42,550 bases of DNA. Origin: Holosporales bacterium. Lineage in GTDB: Bacteria > Pseudomonadota > Alphaproteobacteria > BNTO01. Shown here in pieces: positions 18,845-26,598 of the stretch. The translations under genes and the position numbers were made by a program. Location: contig JAISRQ010000078.1 in assembly GCA_031273545.1 (NCBI GenBank), positions 1 to 42,550 on the forward strand. Reading direction: 5' to 3'. The notes under the pieces were generated by a model that did not search any database, was not told where the DNA came from, and saw only the letters and a list, made by a program, of their open reading frames with translations. Within the stretch, counting starts at the first letter, position 1; each line of letters starts with the position of its first letter.

Positions 18845-20305
18845 TTACGGTGCAGCAGGCTGAGTATCTGCGACAGGCTGAGTATCTGTAATGGCGGGCT
18901 GAGTCTCGGCTATAACCTGAGTGTCCGTGGTTGCTGGCTGAGTCTCTGCAACCACTTGATTTTCTGTAAGTGCAGGCTGAGTTTCCGCAATTGCAGGTTG
19001 AGTCTCTGTGGTTTCGGGCTTAGTATTCGCAGTGGCGAGCTGGATCTCTGTTGCAGGTTGGGTTTCTGTCGTCACGGAGGTCTCCGTAGTTGCAGGTTGA
19101 GTATCCGTGGTTGCAGGTGAGGTATCCGTGGCTGCAGGTTGAGTCTCCGTAGTTGCAGGTGGAGTATCCGTAGTTGCAGGTGGAGTATCCGTCGTCACGG
19201 AGGTCTCCGTAGTTGCAGGTTGAGTCTCCGTAGTTGCAGATTTAGCTTTCGCGATAGCACGTTTTGCTTCTACTATTTCCTTTCGAATCTTCGCGTTCCT
19301 GAGTATGTCGCTTACGTGGCTAGGGTTATATAGTATGGGGTACGCCTGGCAATTCAAATCAGGCACAACCGTCCACTCTGATTCAGGAGTAGCGATGTCG
19401 GCTATGTACATTAATTGGTCATCAATAAATATTATTTTTTTTGGTAATGCTAGTAATCCATCTTTTATTGCATTTATTACTGCTCGTCCTTTAGATGTTA
19501 TGGTAACACCTTCAACGGGAAGGCGTTTTTCAGGTTTTTGTCTTGTTTCGTCAAAGAAGACCTTTTTTCCGTTCTGCATTGTGTAGGAACGAGATACGTA
19601 TATGATATCGTGTTCTATGTCCATCATGGCATGTTTTCCATCTTGACAATCTATGTAGCGCAACCTATCCCCTTGGTATTCATTGTCCGATGCAAAGCCT
19701 AATTCCTTTAGTTGTGTTGCTCTAGCACGACAGGATCCGCTATCTCCGCCGGTTACCATAATGATCTTGCATCCAGATTTTCTCCATTTGTTTAGTGCTT
19801 CTTTTGCTAATGGTGATTCATATCGATCTTGGGGCCTAGGAGTTTTAGATATGTCTTTTTTTACAAGTACTCCGTCAACGTCAAACGCAATCAATGTTTC
19901 TTGAGGTGAGTTATCTATAGCTTTGTCGATTTCTTCAATGAGTTTTTCCCACGAATAAACAGTATGAAAAATATTATCTCTATTTTCTTCCGTTAGTTCC
20001 ATGCCCTTAGAAACGCCGTGTGATTCACAAATGTCGACGATCTCTGATTGTTCTACGTCGTTGTATTTCATTGTTCTATTTGATCTCGGAGCAAATATGT
20101 TCAAAAGAACATTGTTCCAGTAGAGATATGGTGAAGTATCTTTAGTTGCAGCTACTGGAGCGGACGGAGTTGTTGTTGTGGATGTTGCAGGACTGCTTGT
20201 TGTAGGAGTCTCGTTTGTTGTAGGGTTACTGCCAGTTGCGAATGAGACTTGGCAAAGTAACCCAAGAAAAATGCTAGTATTATTGAATTTTGTTTTATTT
20301 GTCAT
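18845..20305 (-). CDS. Secreted HAD-superfamily phosphatase-like protein with Thr/Pro-rich N- and C-terminal repeat regions.
   Basis: Signal peptide 'IFLGLLCQVSFATG'. HAD motif I 'AFDVDGVLV', 'IIMVTGGDSG', 'KIIFIDDQ'. The C-terminal ~130 aa consist of 7-aa TETQPAT-type repeats. Confidence 0.65.
   Translation of the reverse strand: MTNKTKFNNTSIFLGLLCQVSFATGSNPTTNETPTTSSPATSTTTTPSAPVAATKDTSPYLYWNNVLLNIFAPRSNRTMKYNDVEQSEIVDICESHGVSKGMELTEENRDNIFHTVYSWEKLIEEIDKAIDNSPQETLIAFDVDGVLVKKDISKTPRPQDRYESPLAKEALNKWRKSGCKIIMVTGGDSGSCRARATQLKELGFASDNEYQGDRLRYIDCQDGKHAMMDIEHDIIYVSRSYTMQNGKKVFFDETRQKPEKRLPVEGVTITSKGRAVINAIKDGLLALPKKIIFIDDQLMYIADIATPESEWTVVPDLNCQAYPILYNPSHVSDILRNAKIRKEIVEAKRAIAKAKSATTETQPATTETSVTTDTPPATTDTPPATTETQPAATDTSPATTDTQPATTETSVTTETQPATEIQLATANTKPETTETQPAIAETQPALTENQVVAETQPATTDTQVIAETQPAITDTQPVADTQPAAP
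18848..19238. repeat. Imperfect 21-bp tandem repeats (coding; TETQPAT units).
   Basis: The period gttgcaggttgagtctccgta and its variants repeat through the 3' end of the HAD-like gene. Confidence 0.85.
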
Positions 20306-20389
20306 GATGTGTGCTCTTTATCTATAGGAATGCTAATCGCTTTATTTGTGAATTGTAAAAAATGTTAAATGTGTTTGCATTATTTATTA

Positions 20390-20794
20390 CTATAGCCTTC
20401 TGATTTTGTCTAGCCACTGTTTTCTTAATGAAATGCAGTTTGCTCTGTGCGAAATTTCATATACTGTGACGCGTGCCACTACGTTTGATATGGCTTCGTT
20501 TGATGTTCTCGCGTACAGAACTAGCGGTCCGCGATATAGTATAAGATTTTTAACATTGCTGTCGTTATGCATTTTATATAAGCCAAGGAGCTCGTTTTTA
20601 TTTTTTACGCGCAGCTCATTCAGAACTTCGATAGGCGCGAAGTTTTCTATAATAATCTGGGTGTCGCTTAGTGCGCTTTGAATCTTCGCAGGGCAACAAC
20701 GCAATGCGTTGGTTGCATATTCTTTAATCTGCTTAAGACACGGTACATCAAAAACTACGTTCGTCATGTTCATCCCACAAAGATTGGAATCCAT
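20390..20794 (-). CDS. Zincin-like (DUF1025 / PF06262-like) small protein with a degenerate HExxH motif. The start is possibly at 20767.
   Basis: It aligns by eye along its length with alphaproteobacterial DUF1025 proteins ('IIIENFAPIEVLNEL...ELLGLY', 'LILYRGPLVLY'). The family 'HEIGHH' position reads 'YEISHR'. Confidence 0.5.
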   Translation of the reverse strand: MDSNLCGMNMTNVVFDVPCLKQIKEYATNALRCCPAKIQSALSDTQIIIENFAPIEVLNELRVKNKNELLGLYKMHNDSNVKNLILYRGPLVLYARTSNEAISNVVARVTVYEISHRANCISLRKQWLDKIRRL

Positions 20795-20858
20795 AAACTA
20801 AGTATACGAACAAATGTATTAACAAAACGTGTGCGCGAACGCGTTTTTTCCATAAAAA

Positions 20859-22106
20859 TCATCGCTTTTGTGTAATTTCGGCTCTGTTTATTTCGAAAAA
20901 TTGGGCGCTTTTCATAGGGTTGAAGGGGTCTATATCCGTTCCCGAAAAAAAAGTTTGTACGTGAGCTGTATTCGCACTTCCCTTGTTTAATTGTTCGACT
21001 TGTTCAAATAAAACCATACGATGCGCGTGGTCAAGGCGAGCAATCACGTCATCTAGCAACAACATAAGGAATCCGTCGAGCGTTTGGATCTTTTGGTGAA
21101 CAAACGACAAAATTGTCGATATTAGTAAAATTTTTTGTTCTCCTGTGGAGCATTCCTTTGCGCAGCGATTTTTTGTCTTATGTGTGACGTCAAAGTCACT
21201 TCGATGGCACCCGAAGGTTGTCATGCCTGTGAGGCGGTCTGTTTCTCTGTTTTTGTGTAATATATCTCTGAATACTGTTTCGATAGTATTGATATTACCA
21301 TTTAAATTGGTGATAAGTCCATTATCTATTTTGTTTAATTCGTCTTCAACTCTTCCTATTATTTTGCACAAGAATTGAGGAAATAGTGGTACGTGATCTT
21401 TTTGTCCGTCCATCAACCGTTGCGTCAGCTTTGTTCTTGATTTTGCTATTTTTATATTTTGTTGTGCCATGATTTTTTCTAAAGAGTCTAGCCACATTAG
21501 ATCTGGGTTTTGTGATTTTTTTAGTAAAGTTAATCGTTGGTGTGTTGCTTTTTCGTATATCGACAGCGCTTCCATGTGCGTAGGGTCATATGACTCGATT
21601 AGGCGGTCGACGAAGCGTCTGCGTTCACTTGAGGCATTGGTAAAAATGTGATCCATATCAGGAGTAATGTGAATTATGCTTGCGTAGTCATGAAATTTGG
21701 CGGCACTTTTTACTGGGGCTCCTTGAATTTTACAGATGCGGCGAGCCCCTTGGTAACCTGTGGCGAGGATGGTTTCGTCGTTGAGGGTGGCGGTGATCGC
21801 CCATGGTGACACGGCGGCGGATGGAGATGATGCTGTGGATGGTGATGCGGGTAGTGGCGCCTCTAGGTGCTTTGGTGACTCTTCTGGTTTCGATTCGCAT
21901 TCATCGTGAGCCTCGGTATATGCAAGCTCTTGTAATTTCGCCCCTCGGAACCCTGTCCCTACTGCAAAAAGCGAAAAAGCTTCCATCAAGTTTGTTTTTC
22001 CTGACCCATTTTTTCCGTACAGCACAACCGGATATGAATCAAACGATACTTCCGCATGTTTGTAATTACGAAAATTGTGAACCACTATTTGTTTAAAAAA
22101 ATTCAT
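20859..22106 (-). CDS. recF: DNA replication and repair protein RecF, with a ~33-aa low-complexity insertion.
   Basis: 'NFRNY', Walker A 'GKNGSGKTNLMEA', 'STGEQK', Walker B 'LLLLDDV'. 415 aa. Confidence 0.9.
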   Translation of the reverse strand: MNFFKQIVVHNFRNYKHAEVSFDSYPVVLYGKNGSGKTNLMEAFSLFAVGTGFRGAKLQELAYTEAHDECESKPEESPKHLEAPLPASPSTASSPSAAVSPWAITATLNDETILATGYQGARRICKIQGAPVKSAAKFHDYASIIHITPDMDHIFTNASSERRRFVDRLIESYDPTHMEALSIYEKATHQRLTLLKKSQNPDLMWLDSLEKIMAQQNIKIAKSRTKLTQRLMDGQKDHVPLFPQFLCKIIGRVEDELNKIDNGLITNLNGNINTIETVFRDILHKNRETDRLTGMTTFGCHRSDFDVTHKTKNRCAKECSTGEQKILLISTILSFVHQKIQTLDGFLMLLLDDVIARLDHAHRMVLFEQVEQLNKGSANTAHVQTFFSGTDIDPFNPMKSAQFFEINRAEITQKR

Positions 22107-22152
22107 ACACTACTGAAAATTCGATACTCCTCTAAACTCCGGAATGCGATCA

Positions 22153-23112
22153 TCAAGCTACTTCGATTTCTCTTTCCACTTCAACATCTCTTTTGTTTAA
22201 GTCAATCGCTTGTTCTATTAAATTAACCAACTCCATATCAACTTCCAAATTCATAGGAAACACATGAATTTGATGTTTCATTTTTTTTGACAAAAACGGC
22301 GCATCTTTGTCGCTTGTAACAAGAATCCCGCCACTTGAGGACGCCATCTTTAGTATAACTTGAAGTTGCTTTTCTTGGCGTTGTAAATGAAGAAGTGGAA
22401 TGAACCCTTTTATATTGTATTTATGTTTTAAGAGCGAGTGGTAAAACGCCCCAGAATCATGCAAGCCCGTAAACCCAAATATATTTACATCCTGCGTGAT
22501 ATTTTGATGAGGAATACTCCATTTTGCAGAGTAGACAGCGCGGTACACTTGTTTCAATTCTTGGATATTTTCCGGCACAAGTGAAACGATAGCGTCCGAC
22601 TTTGCTAACATGTTTGATGCATATGCATTTGTACCGATATTTCGCTCAACCAACGCAACAGAAAAGCTAAAAAGGTGATCATCGCGTTCGGATCGTTCAT
22701 TTAACAGAAGAATGGTAGCCCCTGCATGTGCGGCTGCGAGTGCGGCATTCCGTGGCGAGCTACACACCCAAGTGGGGATCTTTTGGCTCAAAATAAATGC
22801 TTCCTCATTAATCCCGTTTGGGGAAGTCGGTGCAGTTAGTAACCGTGCTTGACGAGCGTGCGCTCCTTTGGACCACACATGCGGCTTATGCCCGCGCAAT
22901 GTCAGCTGCTCGGCCAACGTGAGGATGATGCCCATTTTCTCGGCCACCATAGTCGATTTATCTACGCTATCAATTACTATTATCGGAATCGGGATAGAAA
23001 TCCTGGATTTTTGGCGTGTGCTTTCTTTTAGGTGCCTAGACACAAAAATCACACAGCGCTTTCGACATTGCCGAATAAAAAACGCTATTTTTCCTTTGAT
23101 CTGCAACATCAC
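22153..23112 (-). CDS. LpxK-like (tetraacyldisaccharide 4'-kinase family) protein with degenerate catalytic motifs. It may be a pseudoenzyme or a decaying gene.
   Basis: The architecture is collinear with LpxK: 'FGFTGLHDSGAFYHSL' against 'GIG.P..FF..L', and 'LVTSDKDAPF' against 'TEKDAVK' at the same distance from the C-terminus. The P-loop position reads 'VIDSVDKSTMVAE' where LpxK has 'VGN...GG.GKTP'. RGYGG, GDEP and DDG.QH are also lost. Confidence 0.5.
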   Translation of the reverse strand: MMLQIKGKIAFFIRQCRKRCVIFVSRHLKESTRQKSRISIPIPIIVIDSVDKSTMVAEKMGIILTLAEQLTLRGHKPHVWSKGAHARQARLLTAPTSPNGINEEAFILSQKIPTWVCSSPRNAALAAAHAGATILLLNERSERDDHLFSFSVALVERNIGTNAYASNMLAKSDAIVSLVPENIQELKQVYRAVYSAKWSIPHQNITQDVNIFGFTGLHDSGAFYHSLLKHKYNIKGFIPLLHLQRQEKQLQVILKMASSSGGILVTSDKDAPFLSKKMKHQIHVFPMNLEVDMELVNLIEQAIDLNKRDVEVEREIEVA

Positions 23113-23447
23113 GCTCGTACTTCACCAATGCCTGGTTTTAAAGGGTATCGTAGCCGGCTGTAAATATCAATATCGTTAAGAAGATATTCTGATTTTTGTA
23201 ATCTTTTTGCGCGTCTGATGTGTTTCTTAAAAAAAAGTTTGCAAAAATCTAAAAAAAACATTGCGTCCATCGGTAAAAAGGTTGTATATTGCATTCTAGG
23301 TTGGTTGAGAGACCAACGCTAAAGTTCTTCCCCCTAAAAGAACTGCCTCCTTCGCTTTGCGGGGGAGGTCTTGTCGTACCCGTGTTTTGTCTCTGTGCTG
23401 GGTCGTTCGGTTGTTCTGCACCGCCTTCAAATTTATTGCGAAATCTG

Positions 23448-23477
23448 TTGAGTATTTGTGTGGTTGTGTGTTATAAA
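23448..23477 (+). promoter_or_regulatory. Candidate sigma70-type promoter for carD/cdnL.
   Basis: TTGAGT (23448-23453), an 18-nt spacer, then TATAAA (23472-23477), about 115 nt upstream of ATG 23594. Confidence 0.25.
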
Positions 23478-23593
23478 TAAGCATTCGCAGCGCATCTGGT
23501 TCTTGTTCGAAGAACATAATATTGGAGCGTTTTGGGTGCTTTTGTAGAGAACTACATAAGGCGGTTGTGTTGTTGTTTTCTGAGGCGGGCAGT

Positions 23594-24091
23594 ATGATTT
23601 CAAAAGAGTCCATCACGATCGGTGATTTTGTCGTATATCCAGCGCACGGTGTTGGCAAGTTAATTGACATAGAAGAGCATGATATATGCGGAACAAACGT
23701 AGAATTATTTGTGATTGAATTTACTAAAGACCATATGGTTTTGAAGTTGCCGCTACAAAAGGCGTGTAGTTCAGGGCTTCGTCCTATTTGCGGAAAAGAA
23801 GAGATGGATTTGGCGCTGGAGTCGTTAGGGACGAAGTCTCGAAAGAAGAAGGCGATGTGGAACCGTAGGGCTCAGGAGTACGAAAGCAAGATTAATTCCG
23901 GAAAAATAAGTTCGCTGGCTGATGTGATACGCGAGCTGCATACTCCTCAGGATGCAGGCGACCAGTCTTATAGCGAGCGTCAGATTTACCAAATAGCGTT
24001 GGACCGCTTTGTTCGCGAGCTTTGCATTGTTGAAGAAGTCGATGAAGGGACTGCATCAAAGAAAGTTCAGGAAATGCTTGGCGTTGCGTAA
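23594..24091 (+). CDS. carD: CarD/CdnL-family RNA-polymerase-binding transcription factor. I place the start at ATG 23594.
   Basis: 'GDFVVYPAHGVGKLIDIEE...ELFVIEF' is the CarD N-terminal Tudor-like domain. GAGG lies upstream of ATG 23594, and the resulting 165 aa is typical. Confidence 0.8.
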   Translation: MISKESITIGDFVVYPAHGVGKLIDIEEHDICGTNVELFVIEFTKDHMVLKLPLQKACSSGLRPICGKEEMDLALESLGTKSRKKKAMWNRRAQEYESKINSGKISSLADVIRELHTPQDAGDQSYSERQIYQIALDRFVRELCIVEEVDEGTASKKVQEMLGVA

Positions 24092-24313
24092 TGACGCAGG
24101 GTGAGGCGGGTGGAGCGCTAAAAAGCAAGGGGGGTCTGTGCTGCGCGATGCACTTCCTTTTTTTTATACTGGGCGCTTCGTTAAGATCAATAAAGGAATG
24201 TAAAGGCAAAGGGGGCGTACCTGTTGCCTGGTATAAACAATAATTATAAAAATCAAGGTTTCACTGAAATAGCATTCACTTGTTTGTCAAAAATTCAGGA
24301 TTTGACCGCGTTT

Positions 24314-24414
24314 GGGTATATGGGCCACTCCCCAAATGATTACGGTTTTTTTAGGCGGTCAAACGCTTACAATTATTCATTTTCTGGCCCGCAATCTTTG
24401 GAGGCCCCGGTATA
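24314..24414 (-). repeat. Family B palindromic element, copy B2.
   Basis: The reverse complement of 24325-24414 matches B1 (15887-15976) at 89 of 90 positions in my manual alignment. Confidence 0.9.
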
Positions 24415-24485
24415 GGCCACAAAAGTAAAATAAAAAAACAAAAAAATGACAAATCACAATACGTCGTGTATCATCCCCCCGAGGG

Positions 24486-25367
24486 GTGGTTCTTTTGTCG
24501 AGTGTAAAAATGAAGAGGATTTCATCCATTCTACACACAATGTTCTTGTTGCTTTTATATGCATTTTGTTCTATTTTGTGTTTTGTTTTTGAAGATGTAA
24601 CGCATATTGATGCACATAGTAGCGATTTTTTCCCAGTAATTTTTGGAGTACTCTCCTCTAATTATTGGATAAATTGCGCCACCATGTTAGTCGCTTCCAT
24701 ATCTTTCATCCTTTATGATCTGTTCAGCTACAACAAGGCGGATCGACCTGAAGTGAATGAAAAATTTGGTGCATTTGTCCCGTTATGTTTATTTATTATT
24801 ATCTCATTTGTTAATATTATTGCGACCGTAACTGAAGGGTTGTTTTACTTAAGATTTAAGTTTTTGGTTATTACTTGCATTAATTTATTTGCAATTGCGG
24901 CATATCTTGTGTGGTGTAAGTTCGAACAAAGTGATTTTCGCTTTAAGAAAACTAGGGTATACAACATTGTTACGTATTCTTCTATTGCCTTTTTATTCTT
25001 AAGTGGAGTTTCTCTTTCGCACATATTTTTGCCATTGGATAGGATACAAGCAATTTTGCGCGCTCATGAATGTCAAAAAGCTATAAACGAGCTGTCTGAA
25101 GAATTACGATACGAGGGGGGGAAGAAGAGGACCGTTGCCCCTGAAAATATAGACGATTATGCGAAAAAAAATGGTTGTCTCGATTTATTAAAATCAGGGT
25201 ACATCGTTTACAAAAAAATAGATGATACGACCTTTTCATTAACCGCTAATATTAGGTTTGATGCGCGCGAACCGGAGAGGATGCGCGGTGTTGTTCCCAA
25301 ACTTAGGTGCATTATGAAGACTATGCCTTTTACTACGACAATCAGTCTAAAGGAAAAAGGGGATTAA
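24486..25367 (+). CDS. Hypothetical polytopic membrane protein with a ~100-aa soluble C-terminal domain (alternative start at ATG 24510).
   Basis: Five or six hydrophobic segments and no recognisable motif. The gene is bracketed by repeats B2 and A3/B3. Confidence 0.5.
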   Translation: MVLLSSVKMKRISSILHTMFLLLLYAFCSILCFVFEDVTHIDAHSSDFFPVIFGVLSSNYWINCATMLVASISFILYDLFSYNKADRPEVNEKFGAFVPLCLFIIISFVNIIATVTEGLFYLRFKFLVITCINLFAIAAYLVWCKFEQSDFRFKKTRVYNIVTYSSIAFLFLSGVSLSHIFLPLDRIQAILRAHECQKAINELSEELRYEGGKKRTVAPENIDDYAKKNGCLDLLKSGYIVYKKIDDTTFSLTANIRFDAREPERMRGVVPKLRCIMKTMPFTTTISLKEKGD

Positions 25368-25373
25368 TATGTC

Positions 25374-25533
25374 AAAAAAAGGGAGGGCGTACCCCACCAC
25401 CACCCGTTCAGCCTATCACAAAAAGGTTAATGAAACGTAAATGCTAAAAAATGGTAAATTTTCGCTTAACGGTTCCTTTACTATTTTCTGCTAAAATCTA
25501 TGGGTAGTGGTGGGGAGCGGACTCCTCTTTTTT
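25374..25533 (+). repeat. Family A palindromic element, copy A3.
   Basis: Ends AAAAAAAGGGAGGGCGTACCCCACCACCACCC and GGGTAGTGGTGGGGAGCGGACTCCTCTTTTTT form an imperfect ~30-nt inverted repeat. It starts 7 nt after the stop of the membrane-protein gene. Confidence 0.85.
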
Positions 25534-25589
25534 GCGGCTATTCGTCCTCCTCTTCACAGAGCGCGGACTCCTCCTTTTTTTGGCGGCGG

Positions 25590-25611
25590 CCTTCCTTCCT
25601 TCCTTCCTTCC
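25590..25611. repeat. (CCTT)5.5 microsatellite.
   Basis: ccttccttccttccttccttcc. It is preceded by a local duplication of the A3 terminus (gcggactcctc..ttttt..gcgg at 25515-25537 and 25558-25587). Confidence 0.9.
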
Positions 25612-25797
25612 TTCCAAGAATTAGTTCCCTATCTGGCGGCCATCGTTCCCTCCTTCTTTCGAAGGTAAGTGCGAAAGTCAAGAAAAAAATCCATTCCATC
25701 TGGGCCATTTTAGCATTTGAAAAAGTTACAAAAACCCCGTTATTATTAATTTATAGGCGGGTGAGATTGTTTACAAGCTCGCTTCGTTTAGGTCAGA

Positions 25798-25890
25798 TAT
25801 ACCGGGGGCCCTGAAGATTGCGGTCCAAAAACCGAAGGATCGTAAGCGTTTATTCGGCTTGAAAAGTCCACAATTTTTGGGAAGTGAGTT
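25798..25890 (+). repeat. Family B palindromic element, copy B3.
   Basis: ATATACCGGGGGCCCTGAAGATTGCGGTCCAAAAACCGAAGGATCGTAAGCGTTTATTCGGCTTGAAAAGTCCACAATTTTTGGGAAGTGAG. Confidence 0.8.
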
Positions 25891-26028
25891 CGCTCCTAGA
25901 AAACTACTTGATTGAAAGTTTCTTCGCTGAATTTTCGGTGGACCCCCGTTGTATGTAAAAAAACGCACTCACAACAAATCTAACTTAACACTAACGTTTT
26001 AACCTTTTTTTGTACAATAGGAGAGATC

Positions 26029-26598
26029 ATGAATTTTATTAATTACCCAATGCAGATCAAGTCACTGGATCAAACTGGTGCTCTTGAGGGCTATGCAAGC
26101 GTTTTCGGCACTGTCGACTTGCAGAACGAAGTAGTCCAACCGGGCGCATTTGAAGCGTCATTGGCGACATGGAAGCAAAACTCTTGTTTCCCGAAAATGC
26201 TGTGGCAGCACGATCCAAAGTCCCCCATAGGCGTGTGGGATGACATGTTCGAGGACCAATATGGCTTGTATGTTAGGGGCCGCTTGCTTTTGGACCTTCA
26301 GAAAGGGCGCGACGCATATTCGCTGATAAAAAGCGGCGCGGTGGATGGGTTGTCTATTGGTTTTATGCCAAAGCAATCACACAAAGACGGCGACGTTCGC
26401 GTATTGGATGAAGTCGATTTATTTGAGGTGTCGCTTGTCACTTTTATGGCGAATCCCCTTGCGAAGGTGACGTCTTGCAAACACTGGAGCGACGCATATG
26501 ATCAGACGATTTATTTGATGAACCGCCTGAAATCGCTGAAGCGGGCGATGGACAAAACAGATTGGCATGTAAAAAGTTTAATGATGGAGCAAGTTTAA
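26029..26598 (+). CDS. HK97-family phage prohead (maturation) protease.
   Basis: 'LEGYASVFGTVDLQNEVVQPGAF', 'MLWQHD...PIGVW', 'GLYVRGRL', 'VDGLSIGF', 'LFEVSLVTFMANP'. AGGAGA lies upstream of the ATG. Confidence 0.85.
   Translation: MNFINYPMQIKSLDQTGALEGYASVFGTVDLQNEVVQPGAFEASLATWKQNSCFPKMLWQHDPKSPIGVWDDMFEDQYGLYVRGRLLLDLQKGRDAYSLIKSGAVDGLSIGFMPKQSHKDGDVRVLDEVDLFEVSLVTFMANPLAKVTSCKHWSDAYDQTIYLMNRLKSLKRAMDKTDWHVKSLMMEQV

Noticed and set aside
23113-23593. The 480-nt lpxK-like/carD spacer as an alternative replication origin or as an ncRNA gene. Local gene orientation switches here and several hairpins are present (gttggt...accaac, gttctt...aagaac, cctcc...ggagg).
   Set aside because: I could not find a DnaA-box-like 9-mer. 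I also recognised no match to SRP, 6S, tmRNA or RNase P motifs. It is most simply a structured promoter/leader region for carD, but it remains unassigned.
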